Of a stretch of DNA of 56,821 bases, positions 36,595 through 46,211 are shown piece after piece. The first letter of the stretch is position 1. The number at the start of each line of letters is the position of its first letter. The notes below the pieces were generated by a model. It had not been told where the DNA came from. It saw only the letters and a program-made list of their open reading frames with translations, and searched no databases. The translations under genes and the position numbers were made by a program. The DNA comes from Candidatus Levyibacteriota bacterium (GTDB lineage Bacteria > Patescibacteriota > Microgenomatia > Levybacterales > UBA12049), in contig SIBS01000002.1 in NCBI GenBank assembly GCA_009695045.1, positions 92,774-149,594 on the forward strand, read 5' to 3'.

Positions 36595-37548
36595 TTATAA
36601 TTCTTCTATTATAGCTTTTGCAAGTTTTTGAGAATTATGATAAAGTGGAAAATTTTCATCCACTAAATCTTTTCTTATAATGTTAAATTTATCACAATCA
36701 GATTCATTTTTTAATAGAACATAAGAATAGTTATATTCATCTGGTATGGTAATATTATAATTTGTATTTAAAAAAACTTTATCAAATAGAAAATTTCCAA
36801 TGTGTTTTTTAATAGCTGATATATAATCAATCACATCATATCCCTTAGTTTCAAAAGGCTTATTTGTAGTATTAATTACAAAAAATTTCATAGCCTTACT
36901 TTTAAGAATTGCATTTTTTATCTGTGGAACAATAAGCACTGGTAGAAGTGTGGTATATAAATCTCCTGGGCCAACTAAAATTACATCTGCTGAAATAATT
37001 GCATCTATAACTTCTTGCGATGTTTTAGCATTTTCTGGATGAAGAAATACTCTGCTTAAAATACGTTCACCTGTATATTTACCAAGATCAATATTTTCTT
37101 CTCCTAATATAGTTTTTCCCTCTATAGTTTGCGCTGATATATAAACTGGCTCCACTGTTGCAGGAAGAAAAGTTCCATTTATCTTAAAGACTTTTTGAAA
37201 TAAATCAATAGCATCAGAAAAATTTCCAACAATATCTCTCATGGCAACCATTATAAGATTTCCAAGCTTATGTCCTGCTAGAGCCTCATCGTTACTATAT
37301 CTATCACCCGGAAATCGATAAGTTAACAATTCTGAAAGGGTAGAGTCATCGCTTACCCCGGCCATGCAAGATACAAGATCTCCTGGGGGGAAAATATCGT
37401 ACATTCTTCTCAATCTACCAGATGAGCCTCCTTCATCTGCCATTGAAACAACAACTACAATATTTTTACTATAATTACGTAGACCTTTAATAAGATTTAC
37501 GGTACCAATTCCACCACCAAGACAAACTATTTTTTTATTATTTTTCAT
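36595..37548 (-). CDS. yvcK: YvcK/CofD-family gluconeogenesis factor (UPF0052)
   Basis: KIVCLGGGIGTVNLIKGL...GGSSGRLR...PPGD..N and LVGPGDLYTTLLP. Confidence 0.88.
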   Translation of the reverse strand: MKNNKKIVCLGGGIGTVNLIKGLRNYSKNIVVVVSMADEGGSSGRLRRMYDIFPPGDLVSCMAGVSDDSTLSELLTYRFPGDRYSNDEALAGHKLGNLIMVAMRDIVGNFSDAIDLFQKVFKINGTFLPATVEPVYISAQTIEGKTILGEENIDLGKYTGERILSRVFLHPENAKTSQEVIDAIISADVILVGPGDLYTTLLPVLIVPQIKNAILKSKAMKFFVINTTNKPFETKGYDVIDYISAIKKHIGNFLFDKVFLNTNYNITIPDEYNYSYVLLKNESDCDKFNIIRKDLVDENFPLYHNSQKLAKAIIEEL

Positions 37549-37946
37549 CCTTTAGTAATAAATTCTATTATAGCTACAATAATTGAAAATATAAATGCAA
37601 TAAAAACAAAAGATAAAAAAAGATTAAAACTAAGCTGTGGGGTAGAAAATTTTAATAAAGAAACACTATGAAGTATAAAGGGTCGAATAATAATCTGAGG
37701 AACTATTATGGTAAGTATATAAAAAATACCAGCATTTATTACAAAAGAGAAAGTTCCAAGCGTTATTGCATTTAATGGAAGCGCTATAAGCTGCATTAAT
37801 GGCTTCAAGAAGGAGATTATTGTTAAAATAAGTCCACCAATAATATATGTTTGCAATCCTCCTTCAACTACTAATCCATCAATAAGTTGTGAGATTATAA
37901 AAAAAACAGAAGCATTTATAAGACTTTTTTTTAATATAGCTCTCAT
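37545..37946 (-). CDS. DUF360 / phage-holin-family-4-like small membrane protein
   Basis: 133 aa with 4 TM helices and LKPLMQLIALPLNAITLGTFSFVINA, which is typical of DUF360. Its stop overlaps the yvcK start by 4 nt. Confidence 0.65.
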   Translation of the reverse strand: MRAILKKSLINASVFFIISQLIDGLVVEGGLQTYIIGGLILTIISFLKPLMQLIALPLNAITLGTFSFVINAGIFYILTIIVPQIIIRPFILHSVSLLKFSTPQLSFNLFLSFVFIAFIFSIIVAIIEFITKG

Positions 37947-37952
37947 TTATAT

Positions 37953-37961
37953 ATTTTATCA
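37953..37961 (-). promoter_or_regulatory. extended -10 TGATAAAAT, 6 nt before the DUF360 ATG
   Basis: The minus strand reads TGATAAAATatataaATG. Confidence 0.4.
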
Positions 37962-38031
37962 AATACCATGTTTTGTGTCAAACAATCTAGTTGCAATAAA
38001 AAAAAATAATAAGTATAGTTAAAAAGCTTTT

Positions 38032-39162
38032 ATGAATGATGATTCGTTTTCCTGTCCACATTGCGGAAAACCAGTAGAGCCAACTCGGGCACTAATGCAT
38101 AGGCTTGGAGAAAAAGTAGCAAAAGAACAAGAAAAAAATCATAAACTCGAGATTGAAAGAGTAAAAAAAGAAGCACAAATTCAAGCAGAAAAAGATATTA
38201 AAGAAAAAATTGAGAAAGAGCTTATATTTTCCAAGTCTGCAAATGAAAAACTTATCGAAGAATTATTTAAACTAAAAAAGAATCAAGAAGAAAAAGAAAA
38301 AGATAGTAAAAAATTAGAAGAAAAAATTAAAATCGAAGCAAAGAAAAAAGCAGAAGAAGATGTAGAGCTTCGATTAAAAGCAAAGGATTTGCAACTAGAA
38401 CAGGCTGCGAAGAGCACGGATGAAATGAAAAGAGTAAATGAAGATTTAAAAAGAAAACTTGAACAAGGATCTCAACAGCTACAAGGTGAAGCATTAGAAC
38501 GCAGTCTAGAAGAAAAATTAAAACAAATATTTCCAAATGATGATTTTCTACCAATCCCCAAGGGATTCGAAGGAGCAGATATTCTACAAAAAGTTAAATT
38601 TAAAAATGAAATTGTTGGATCAATTATTTGGGAAACAAAGCGTACTAAAGCTTGGAGCAATGAATGGATAATAAAACTTAAAGAAGATGCAGCAAAAATA
38701 TCAGCTAGTGAAGCAATACTTGTATCAAGCGTGCTTCCAAATGATATAGGAAGCTTTGATAGAAAAGATGGAGTATGGATATCATCATACGAACATGCCA
38801 TTAACATTTGTCGCTATGTTAGATTTCTAATCACATCCATTTGGAAAGTAAAATCATCAACTGTGCAAACTGAAGAAGAATGGGGATTAGTTCGAGACTA
38901 TATCATGAGTGATGCATTTCGACATAAAATGCAGTCTCATTTTGATGGAATAAGTTCACTTCGAAATGGTCTTGAGGGTGAAAAAAGATCAACATTAATT
39001 CGATGGAAAAAAACAGAAAACCAAATTAATAAACTAGATTTGAATACTATAAATTTTTATGCAGAACTAAAAACAATTATACCCAATTTACCAGAAATAA
39101 AAGGAGTTAATATAACGCTTATTGATGATGGTGAAATTAAAGAAAATCTCCTTGATGAATAA
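38032..39162 (+). CDS. DUF2130-like protein: N-terminal CxxC zinc ribbon, K/E-rich coiled coil, C-terminal PD-(D/E)xK-like domain
   Basis: FSCPHCGKPVEP, about 130 aa of heptad-like K/E repeats, then GADILQKV....GSIIWETKRTK (D...ExK). Confidence 0.6.
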   Translation: MNDDSFSCPHCGKPVEPTRALMHRLGEKVAKEQEKNHKLEIERVKKEAQIQAEKDIKEKIEKELIFSKSANEKLIEELFKLKKNQEEKEKDSKKLEEKIKIEAKKKAEEDVELRLKAKDLQLEQAAKSTDEMKRVNEDLKRKLEQGSQQLQGEALERSLEEKLKQIFPNDDFLPIPKGFEGADILQKVKFKNEIVGSIIWETKRTKAWSNEWIIKLKEDAAKISASEAILVSSVLPNDIGSFDRKDGVWISSYEHAINICRYVRFLITSIWKVKSSTVQTEEEWGLVRDYIMSDAFRHKMQSHFDGISSLRNGLEGEKRSTLIRWKKTENQINKLDLNTINFYAELKTIIPNLPEIKGVNITLIDDGEIKENLLDE

Positions 39163-39832
39163 ATATCTAATTCAACCAGATTTTAATGAAGAAAAAAAAC
39201 TATGGAAAAATAATTTTGAATATGTGGTTGGAATAGATGAAGTAGGAAGAGGCGCATTTGCTGGACCAGTCGTAGTTGGAGCTGTTACATTTCCCAAAGA
39301 AATAATAAATTTTAACATCAAAAACTTAAACGATGAAATTCATACATTATTCACCTCTATAAATGATTCAAAATTACTTAGTTCTAGTACTAGGGAAAAA
39401 TTAAATATTCTTATAAAGAAATATTCCGTAGCTTTTTCTATTGTTTCAATCGGGGTTCCAATAATTAATAAGATTGGTATAGGAAAAGCAACATTTTTAG
39501 CAATGACAAAATCACTTGAAAAAATAAAAGAAAAATTAGGCAACAATACATATGCCATAATAGATGGATTCTGTATCCCAGGATTAGAAAAAAAATGGCA
39601 GAAAGCAATTATAAAAGGGGATCAGAAAAGTATATCTATAGCAGCAGCATCGATTATAGCAAAAGTATTTAGAGATGATCTCATGAAAAATCTTGATAAA
39701 GATTATCCAGTATATGGGTTTTACAATAATAAGGGTTATGGGACTAGTATCCATCAAAAAGCTTTATTTAATCATGGATTATCAAAGGTACATAGAACTT
39801 CATTTAATTTGAATAGATTCCTGTCTATTTAG
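39155..39832 (+). CDS. rnhB: Ribonuclease HII
   Basis: VVGIDEVGRGAFAGPVVVGAV (DEVGRG catalytic motif) and IIDG...SIAAASIIAKVFRD. I prefer the ATG at 39155, which overlaps the DUF2130 stop by 8 nt, to the ORF-track start at 39122. Confidence 0.9.
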   Translation: MNKYLIQPDFNEEKKLWKNNFEYVVGIDEVGRGAFAGPVVVGAVTFPKEIINFNIKNLNDEIHTLFTSINDSKLLSSSTREKLNILIKKYSVAFSIVSIGVPIINKIGIGKATFLAMTKSLEKIKEKLGNNTYAIIDGFCIPGLEKKWQKAIIKGDQKSISIAAASIIAKVFRDDLMKNLDKDYPVYGFYNNKGYGTSIHQKALFNHGLSKVHRTSFNLNRFLSI

Positions 39833-41134
39833 ATTTATTTTATTTTTTATTATTTTTTTTGCAATTTGCTTAAATCCTCCATCAGAATTTATTTTCCAAA
39901 CTGTTTTATCTTTTGGAATTACATGAATAATATCCTCTACTTTAAATAAAATCTTTCCTATATAAAAAGGGGGCTCTCCTTTTGGAAGATAAGCGAATAA
40001 TTTTATATTTTTTGATGATTTACTTAAATAATATTTTGCTTCCAAAAAATTAATTGGATCAGATATTAAAATATCTCCACTTTCTCCAAGACTGATCACC
40101 TGCTCTATTCCCCAATTAATAGCTGGCTTAGTCGATATATTTACTATTTTTTCACTAGATTGAACTAGCACAATCATATACATACCAATTATGAATATTA
40201 AAGGAATTCTTATATGCTCAATTGTGTTATAAAGTTTCCATAGGGAATAAGCAATTGCAATAATAATAAGAGGTAAGCTAGCGATAAGATATCTTTCATG
40301 ATAAATAGGAGCAAAATAAACAGAGATTAAATAAGTAATAAATATTGGTAAAAGGGAAAGAGTAATAAAAATAGATATATAATTATCTTTATCTTTTTTA
40401 TGATTTATCCAGTATGATGAAGCTAGAAAAATTATACCAAGCGATAGAAGATAAAGAAGTGGTTGTAAATCAAATATCAAATCCCCACTTGTGTAAACCT
40501 CTAATGAATGCGTGAATATTGCCGTAGTTACTCTAGTAATCCAAAATTCCCTTGCTACATGTTGCCATTGAGTAAGCATAATAGATCCCCAGAAGCTTAA
40601 TGATATTAATGGAATTATTGATAATTTTAGTAAATTCTTTAATAAATTAACTCTTTGCAATAAGCACCAAATAAATGAAGCTAAAAAAGTAAATACAGCA
40701 AAATTATGAGTATATATACCTAATCCAAGAAAAATACTTGCAATAAAATATTTTCTATCAATGAGAAAATAAGTCACACATAAACAAAGTAAGCATAAAA
40801 GTGAATACTGTCGTGCTTCAAAAGCATATTGTAGAAGAAAAGGATTTGCAAAAATAACAAACGTAGTAAGAATTTGTACCCATATGGACTTAGTTATTCG
40901 CTTTATAATTAAAAATGCAACAATTGCAATAAAAATATGAAAAACAAAAGATAAAGATCGAAAAACTATTTCATTATTTCCAAATATACTTACCCAATAA
41001 TGTAATACTATATAATATAATGGGGGACTGAAATCTTTACTTGTTAATCTTATTATCTCCAAAGGAGAATGCGAAGAAAGTAAAGCAGAAAATGCCTCAT
41101 CTCTCCAAAATGATTGATTTAAAATAGGAAGCAT
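39800..41134 (-). CDS. GT-C fold glycosyltransferase (family 39 / ArnT-PMT_2-like) integral membrane protein
   Basis: QSFWRDEAFSALLS...FSPPLYYIVLHYW loop-1 DE motif and about 11 TM helices. TATAAT at 41141-41146 lies 6 nt before the ATG. Confidence 0.72.
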   Translation of the reverse strand: MLPILNQSFWRDEAFSALLSSHSPLEIIRLTSKDFSPPLYYIVLHYWVSIFGNNEIVFRSLSFVFHIFIAIVAFLIIKRITKSIWVQILTTFVIFANPFLLQYAFEARQYSLLCLLCLCVTYFLIDRKYFIASIFLGLGIYTHNFAVFTFLASFIWCLLQRVNLLKNLLKLSIIPLISLSFWGSIMLTQWQHVAREFWITRVTTAIFTHSLEVYTSGDLIFDLQPLLYLLSLGIIFLASSYWINHKKDKDNYISIFITLSLLPIFITYLISVYFAPIYHERYLIASLPLIIIAIAYSLWKLYNTIEHIRIPLIFIIGMYMIVLVQSSEKIVNISTKPAINWGIEQVISLGESGDILISDPINFLEAKYYLSKSSKNIKLFAYLPKGEPPFYIGKILFKVEDIIHVIPKDKTVWKINSDGGFKQIAKKIIKNKINLNRQESIQIK

Positions 41135-41213
41135 ATCTATATTATAGATATGTTATTTACTAATTGCAAAAATGCATATTGTATTTTTTAAAATTTAAGT
41201 TTATAATAAAAAA

Positions 41214-41918
41214 ATGAAAGTTAAAAAAAGTATTAAACAAGATAAAATTAAAAAGAGTATAGACGTAAATAATGAGTCAAAATTAAAACATATGATAAAT
41301 ACTTCAATAATTACTACTTTTTTTTCTAATAATAAATTAAATAAAAAATATCTCTCTTTGGTAATTGGAGTAATTATTATTGCAGGATTTCTTTATTATT
41401 TTAAAAGTGTTTTTGTAGTAGCAGTTGTTGATGGTCAACCAATTTACAGACTAACAGTAATCAAGGAACTAGAAAAAGGATATGGAAAACAAGCAATTGA
41501 TAATATTATAACAAAAAGTTTGATTGAGAAAGAAATAAAAAATCAAAAAATTATACTAACAGATAAAGACATCGATACCGAAGTGACTAGAATTACTAAT
41601 ATAGTAAAGGAAAGGGGTCAAGATATACTTACTCTTTTAAAAGCACAGGGTCAAAATATGAATACATTTAAAGCTGATCTTAGATTTCAATTAGGTCTTC
41701 AAAAAATTATTTCAAAACAAAATTTATCAGCTTCAGAAAAAGAAATAAATGATTTTCTAGAAAAAAATAAGGAGATGCTTCCAAAAGATAAATCAGAAAT
41801 AGAACTTAAAGAAATAGCAAAAACTGAAATAAAACAACAAAAAGAAGGTCAAAAAACCCAAGAATTTGTAGAAGCTATAAAAAAGAAAGCTAAAATAAAC
41901 TACTTATTAAAGTATTAA
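41214..41918 (+). CDS. Membrane-anchored SurA N-terminal-domain-like chaperone (no PPIase domain seen)
   Basis: TM anchor, then VAVVDGQPIYRLTVIKELEK.YGKQAIDNIITKSLIEKEI. TATAAT at 41202-41207 lies 6 nt before the ATG. Confidence 0.5.
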   Translation: MKVKKSIKQDKIKKSIDVNNESKLKHMINTSIITTFFSNNKLNKKYLSLVIGVIIIAGFLYYFKSVFVVAVVDGQPIYRLTVIKELEKGYGKQAIDNIITKSLIEKEIKNQKIILTDKDIDTEVTRITNIVKERGQDILTLLKAQGQNMNTFKADLRFQLGLQKIISKQNLSASEKEINDFLEKNKEMLPKDKSEIELKEIAKTEIKQQKEGQKTQEFVEAIKKKAKINYLLKY

Positions 41919-41919
41919 T

Positions 41920-43125
41920 CTATTTTTCTTCGTAAAATTTAATATTTTTTAATTTTTCTGGTAAAAATTTCATATTCTTAATTGGGCCAACATTACTTAA
42001 GGTAAATTCATAATCCTTACCATAGTCAAGATTTTTCATAAGCTTTGTTGGGGCATTCCTTAAGTGAATAGGTATTGGTTCATTTGGATAATCATAGATA
42101 GCTTTCTTAACAAGGCTAAGTGCATTAGGTACTGATCGAGATTTTGATGATTTTGCCAAATAAATACATATATGAGCTAATACTAACTTTGCTTCTGGCA
42201 TTCCTATTTTATGAACCGCCTCAAACCCGGCATTTGCCTGTATTAAGGCACCTCTATCTGCAAGACCAATATCTTCTGATGCAAATATAATCATTCTTCT
42301 TGCAATAAATTTTGGATCTTCTCCATTCTCCATCATTCGAGATAAATAATAAAGCGATGCATCTACATCTGATCCCCTCATTGACTTAATAAAAGCACTT
42401 ATTATATTGTAATGTTCTTCTGCCTTTTTATCATAAAGCCCTGCTGATTTTGTCTGAAAAATATCTTTAATTATTTTTAAAGTGATTGACTTTTCCTTAT
42501 ATGATGTTACAGCTATTTCAACTGCGTTGAGTAGTATCCTTGCATCTCCACCCGATAATCTTATCGCTAATTCTTTTGCATCATCTTTAATAGTTTTTTT
42601 ATACTGGCCAAGACCCTTATCGATATCTATCAGTGCTCTATCAATAATTTTTTGCAAATCTTCTTGATCCAAGCTTTTTAGTACAAATACCCTACATCTA
42701 GAAATAAGTGCGCTAATTATTTCAAATGATGGATTCTCAGTAGTCGCACCAACTAAAATTAAGAGTCCACTTTCAACATATGGCAAAAGAGCATCTTGCT
42801 GAGCCTTGTTCCATCGATGAATCTCATCAATAAAAAGAATTGTTTTTTTATAATATTTATTATTTTCACGTGCAATTCCAATAATATTTTTTAAGTCTTC
42901 TTTTCCACTTGTAACTCCTGATATTTGATGGAAATCAGAATTAGTTGCTTTAGAAATAATATGAGCAAGTGTCGTCTTTCCGCTACCAGGTGGACCCCAT
43001 AAAATCATTGAGAAAATAGAATCAGATTCTATAATTTTACGGATTAATCCATTTTTACCAACTAAATGATTTTGACCAAAATATGTATCAAGCGATTGGG
43101 GACGAAGAAGTGTAGCAATATTCAT
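41920..43125 (-). CDS. rarA: Replication-associated recombination protein A (AAA+ ATPase)
   Basis: LWGPPGSGKTTLA, FIDEIHRWNK, GATTENPSFE and a C-terminal MgsA domain (HYNIISAFIKSMRGSDVDASLYYL, EDIGLAD). Confidence 0.93.
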   Translation of the reverse strand: MNIATLLRPQSLDTYFGQNHLVGKNGLIRKIIESDSIFSMILWGPPGSGKTTLAHIISKATNSDFHQISGVTSGKEDLKNIIGIARENNKYYKKTILFIDEIHRWNKAQQDALLPYVESGLLILVGATTENPSFEIISALISRCRVFVLKSLDQEDLQKIIDRALIDIDKGLGQYKKTIKDDAKELAIRLSGGDARILLNAVEIAVTSYKEKSITLKIIKDIFQTKSAGLYDKKAEEHYNIISAFIKSMRGSDVDASLYYLSRMMENGEDPKFIARRMIIFASEDIGLADRGALIQANAGFEAVHKIGMPEAKLVLAHICIYLAKSSKSRSVPNALSLVKKAIYDYPNEPIPIHLRNAPTKLMKNLDYGKDYEFTLSNVGPIKNMKFLPEKLKNIKFYEEK

Positions 43126-43131
43126 ATAGAT

Positions 43132-43140
43132 ATTATATCA
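43132..43140 (-). promoter_or_regulatory. extended -10 TGATATAAT, 6 nt before the rarA ATG
   Basis: The minus strand reads TGATATAATatctatATG. Confidence 0.4.
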
Positions 43141-43201
43141 AAATAATATAAAGGGTGAGAATTGCCTATATTAAATAAAAAGATTTTTTTAATATAAAAG
43201 T

Positions 43202-43230
43202 TTGGAGAATAGACAATAATTTAGTATACT
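43202..43230 (+). promoter_or_regulatory. Promoter TTGGAG-17 nt-TATACT, 10 nt upstream of tRNA-Arg(UCG)
   Basis: TTGGAG at 43202-43207 and TATACT at 43225-43230. The tRNA 5' end is at 43241. Confidence 0.45.
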
Positions 43231-43240
43231 ATAAATTATT

Positions 43241-43314
43241 GCATCTGTAGCTCAGTGGATTAGAGCACTTCGCTTCGGACGAAGGGGTCGGGGGTTCGAA
43301 TCCCTCCAGATGCA
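43241..43314 (+). tRNA. tRNA-Arg (anticodon UCG), CCA not encoded
   Basis: GCATCTG-TA-GCTC-AGTGGATTA-GAGC-A-CTTCG-CTTCGGA-CGAAG-GGGTC-GGGGG-TTCGAAT-CCCTC-CAGATGC-A. Confidence 0.9.
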
Positions 43315-43328
43315 CAATATAAATTTAT

Positions 43329-43589
43329 ATGAATTGGTATCTATATATAGTAGAAGCAAAAGATGAATCTCTCTATACGGGTATCACGACAAATATAGAT
43401 AGAAGATTAAAGGAACATAATAATAATAATAAAAAAGGGGCTAAATCCTTAATAGGAAAAAGACCAGTGGTATTGAAATATTTTGAATCTTTTAATTCAA
43501 GAGGTGAGGCAAGTAAAAGAGAAGCTTTAATAAAAAATTTGAAAAGATATCATAAACTAGATCTAATTAATAAAATTAATAAGATTTAA
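43329..43589 (+). CDS. GIY-YIG nuclease superfamily protein (UPF0213/YhbQ-like), 86 aa
   Basis: WYLYIVEAKDESLYTGITTNIDRRLKEHN.....GAK......PVVLKYFESF.SRGEASKREALIK. Confidence 0.85.
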   Translation: MNWYLYIVEAKDESLYTGITTNIDRRLKEHNNNNKKGAKSLIGKRPVVLKYFESFNSRGEASKREALIKNLKRYHKLDLINKINKI

Positions 43590-43601
43590 AAATTATTTTT
43601 A

Positions 43602-43674
43602 GGGCCGCTAGCTCAATTGGTAGAGCATCTCCCTCTTAAGGAGACGGTTATAGGTTCGATTCCTATGCGGCTCA
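43602..43674 (+). tRNA. tRNA-Lys (anticodon CUU), CCA not encoded
   Basis: GGGCCGC-TA-GCTC-AATTGGTA-GAGC-A-TCTCC-CTCTTAA-GGAGA-CGGTT-ATAGG-TTCGATT-CCTAT-GCGGCTC-A. Confidence 0.92.
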
Positions 43675-43706
43675 CATAATTCTAAATATAAAAAATAATT
43701 ATATTT

Positions 43707-45341
43707 TTAAAACTGATAATTATTATTTTTGCTAAAAATAAAGTATATAAATAGTACAATAATTGCATTTCCAAAAAATATCGATAAGAAACTTATTAAA
43801 AATAATTGTTGATTGTTGATAAATAAATGCAATACGTATCCATTTATTAAAACAATAATTATATTTAATGCTAAAGATAATAATCCAGGCCCACTTGTGC
43901 TAATTCTTTCTGCATCTTTATTTTCATCAAAATTAGGTGAAATTGCTCCAATAATTATAGTTGAAAAAACTATTGATAATAATGTTATAGATGTTAATAT
44001 AATAAAAAATATATTATTTTCTATAAATTTATAAAATTCCCATATAAATAAATTTAATATAAAAAATGGTATTGATATAATTAGGCTTAAAATTAATTTT
44101 TCTTTTAAAATTTTATTCTTTGATATGGGTTGAGTGAAGATAAACCAAGCGCTCCCACCTTCCCTAGCGATGAGAGGAAAAGAAAAACGAAGCAAATAAG
44201 CTGTTGCAAAAAACATAAAGCTAGAGAAAAAGAACAAAATAATTTGTTCATGAAATAAACTTGACTCAGAAACTTTATTTGATATAACAAAATTAAGAAT
44301 AAAAAAAACAATTGTAAGTGATGCGATAAAAATAGCAAAACCAATTTCACTTGATAATCTTAAAATAGATATAATATCTTTTAAAAATATTGGATAATTA
44401 GTAATTTTAAATAATTCCTGTAATGATATTAATATCTTTATTCTATTTTCTTTATTAGAATTATTTACAATTCTATACTCTTGTAATCTTTGAAAAACAA
44501 TAATAAATCTATTACTAATCATTTTTATAGTAAATATCGTAAGAATAGCAACAAAGAATAAAAGTATGAATATTCTCATATCTAATCCTGAAACTATTGA
44601 ATCTATTAACCAATAAGTTGGATTTAATTTATATCCAAGTGGTAATGAATGAAATATTTTTTGAAATTCAGGCAATCCTTTTGTATAATCAAATAACTTA
44701 ATATTAGAAGGATAAATTAATTTAATAATAGTAATTCCAGAAATTAGTAAAAAAATACCATAAATCATCAAACTTTTTTTAACAGATGTTTTAAATAACA
44801 AAACAATAATATATCCCAAAATTGTCCCTATGCTTGTTGTAAAAAATGAAATTATTGAAATAACTATAAAAATTATTGATAAAAATGAAAAACTAATTTT
44901 TTCAAAAAAAACATTTGCATATCCAATTAAAATCGGCATTATGAATATAAATAATAAAATAATATTCATAATAAAAGTTTTGAAAAAAATCCAAGAAACA
45001 ATAATAGTTGGTGAAATTGGTAAAGTAATTAAAAAACTAATAATGCTATTTATTCGTAAAAATCTACTTATTGTTGTCAACATAATGCTTACTATTGCAA
45101 ACCAAATAAGCATAATTATTGACGTATGTAATATATATAATGCTGTTAATCTACCAAAAACTCCTGTTGATTTGAAAAATGAAAAAATTATAAAAGTTGA
45201 AGAATAAATAATTCTATCTATTAAAATAAATAATAATAAGAAGCCAATAATAACTATAATCTTGCTAATAGGCCTTTTTGATAACCAAAATAAAATGATT
45301 TTAAAATCGGTTCTAAAAAGTGTAATGAAACTATTTATCAT
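43707..45341 (-). CDS. Large polytopic membrane protein, putative permease partner of the upstream ABC ATPase
   Basis: 544 aa, extremely hydrophobic, with 12 or more predicted TM helices. It overlaps the ATPase gene stop by 11 nt. No sequence family was recognised. Confidence 0.5.
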   Translation of the reverse strand: MINSFITLFRTDFKIILFWLSKRPISKIIVIIGFLLLFILIDRIIYSSTFIIFSFFKSTGVFGRLTALYILHTSIIMLIWFAIVSIMLTTISRFLRINSIISFLITLPISPTIIVSWIFFKTFIMNIILLFIFIMPILIGYANVFFEKISFSFLSIIFIVISIISFFTTSIGTILGYIIVLLFKTSVKKSLMIYGIFLLISGITIIKLIYPSNIKLFDYTKGLPEFQKIFHSLPLGYKLNPTYWLIDSIVSGLDMRIFILLFFVAILTIFTIKMISNRFIIVFQRLQEYRIVNNSNKENRIKILISLQELFKITNYPIFLKDIISILRLSSEIGFAIFIASLTIVFFILNFVISNKVSESSLFHEQIILFFFSSFMFFATAYLLRFSFPLIAREGGSAWFIFTQPISKNKILKEKLILSLIISIPFFILNLFIWEFYKFIENNIFFIILTSITLLSIVFSTIIIGAISPNFDENKDAERISTSGPGLLSLALNIIIVLINGYVLHLFINNQQLFLISFLSIFFGNAIIVLFIYFIFSKNNNYQF

Positions 45342-46047
45342 TTAAAGCATCCATGTATATATCGTCTAATGAATTTTTAGATATTGGTTGATCTTTTATA
45401 ATAATACCATTATTCATTATAAATACATGATCTGCAAAATTATCTGCAAATGATAATGTATGTGTTACGAAAAATACAGTTCCTTCATTTTTTTTAAATT
45501 CCAGCAAGATGTTTCCGAAAATATTAATACTTGCTGGATCAAGTCCTACGATAGGTTCATCTATAAAAAGGATCTTAGGATTATGTATTAAAGCAGATAG
45601 TAATGCTATTTTTTGTCTACTACCCCTTGAATAATAAGCCATAGGTTGATAAAGGATATCGTCTAAAGGAAATATATCCCCAATCTCTCTTATTCTATTT
45701 GAAATATGAAGCTCTTCCATGCCTCTCAATTTACCAGTTAGTGCTAAAAATTCCAAACCAGATAAATAATCATAGGCAGATGGATCATCGGAAATAAATC
45801 CAAATTTTTTCTTAGCTTCAATTGGCTCTTTAACAATATCGCAACCAAATATTTTTATATTTCCGGATGTAGGAGTTAATAACCCAACCATCATCTTGAT
45901 AAGAGTTGTTTTGCCTGCTCCATTTGGGCCAATCATTGTAAAAATTTTTCCTCTAGGTAGATCAAGAGACGTATTGTGGATGATAATTTTATTATTAAAT
46001 TTTTTTGATACACCATTAAGTGATATAGCTATATTCTTATCCATCAT
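45331..46047 (-). CDS. ABC transporter ATP-binding protein
   Basis: GPNGAGKTTL, YSRGSRQK (degenerate signature motif) and ILFIDEP. The ATG at 46047 (MMDKNIAISLNGV) is more plausible than the ORF-track TTG at 46080. Confidence 0.88.
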   Translation of the reverse strand: MMDKNIAISLNGVSKKFNNKIIIHNTSLDLPRGKIFTMIGPNGAGKTTLIKMMVGLLTPTSGNIKIFGCDIVKEPIEAKKKFGFISDDPSAYDYLSGLEFLALTGKLRGMEELHISNRIREIGDIFPLDDILYQPMAYYSRGSRQKIALLSALIHNPKILFIDEPIVGLDPASINIFGNILLEFKKNEGTVFFVTHTLSFADNFADHVFIMNNGIIIKDQPISKNSLDDIYMDALNDK

Positions 46048-46211
46048 ATAAAGAATATCAGCATAATAATAAAAAAACAATATATAAAATTAACTTTATT
46101 TTTAAAGATAAGCATTAAAGAATATATAGTATATCTATTAAATTTAACGTCAAAATAATTAACGATTATTTTAATTCCCAAATAAAAGTTTAAAGATGTT
46201 AAAATAAAAAT

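Noticed and set aside
37545-37946. A 'phage holin family 4' type protein as evidence of a prophage. The window also contains LysM and transglutaminase-like proteins.
   Set aside because: The DUF360 gene is translationally coupled to housekeeping yvcK and flanked by secG and other core genes. No capsid, tail, terminase, integrase or lysin genes are nearby.
38150-38560. The K/E-rich stretch of the DUF2130 ORF as a nucleotide-level tandem repeat.
   Set aside because: The periodicity is at the amino-acid (coiled-coil heptad) level only. I saw no exact DNA repeat units beyond GAA/AAA codon bias.
39122-39154. The 11-codon N-terminal extension of RNase HII (MMMVKLKKISL) given by the ORF track.
   Set aside because: The extension lies entirely inside the DUF2130 coding region. 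RNase HII homology begins after the ATG at 39155, which gives a typical 8-nt stop/start overlap.
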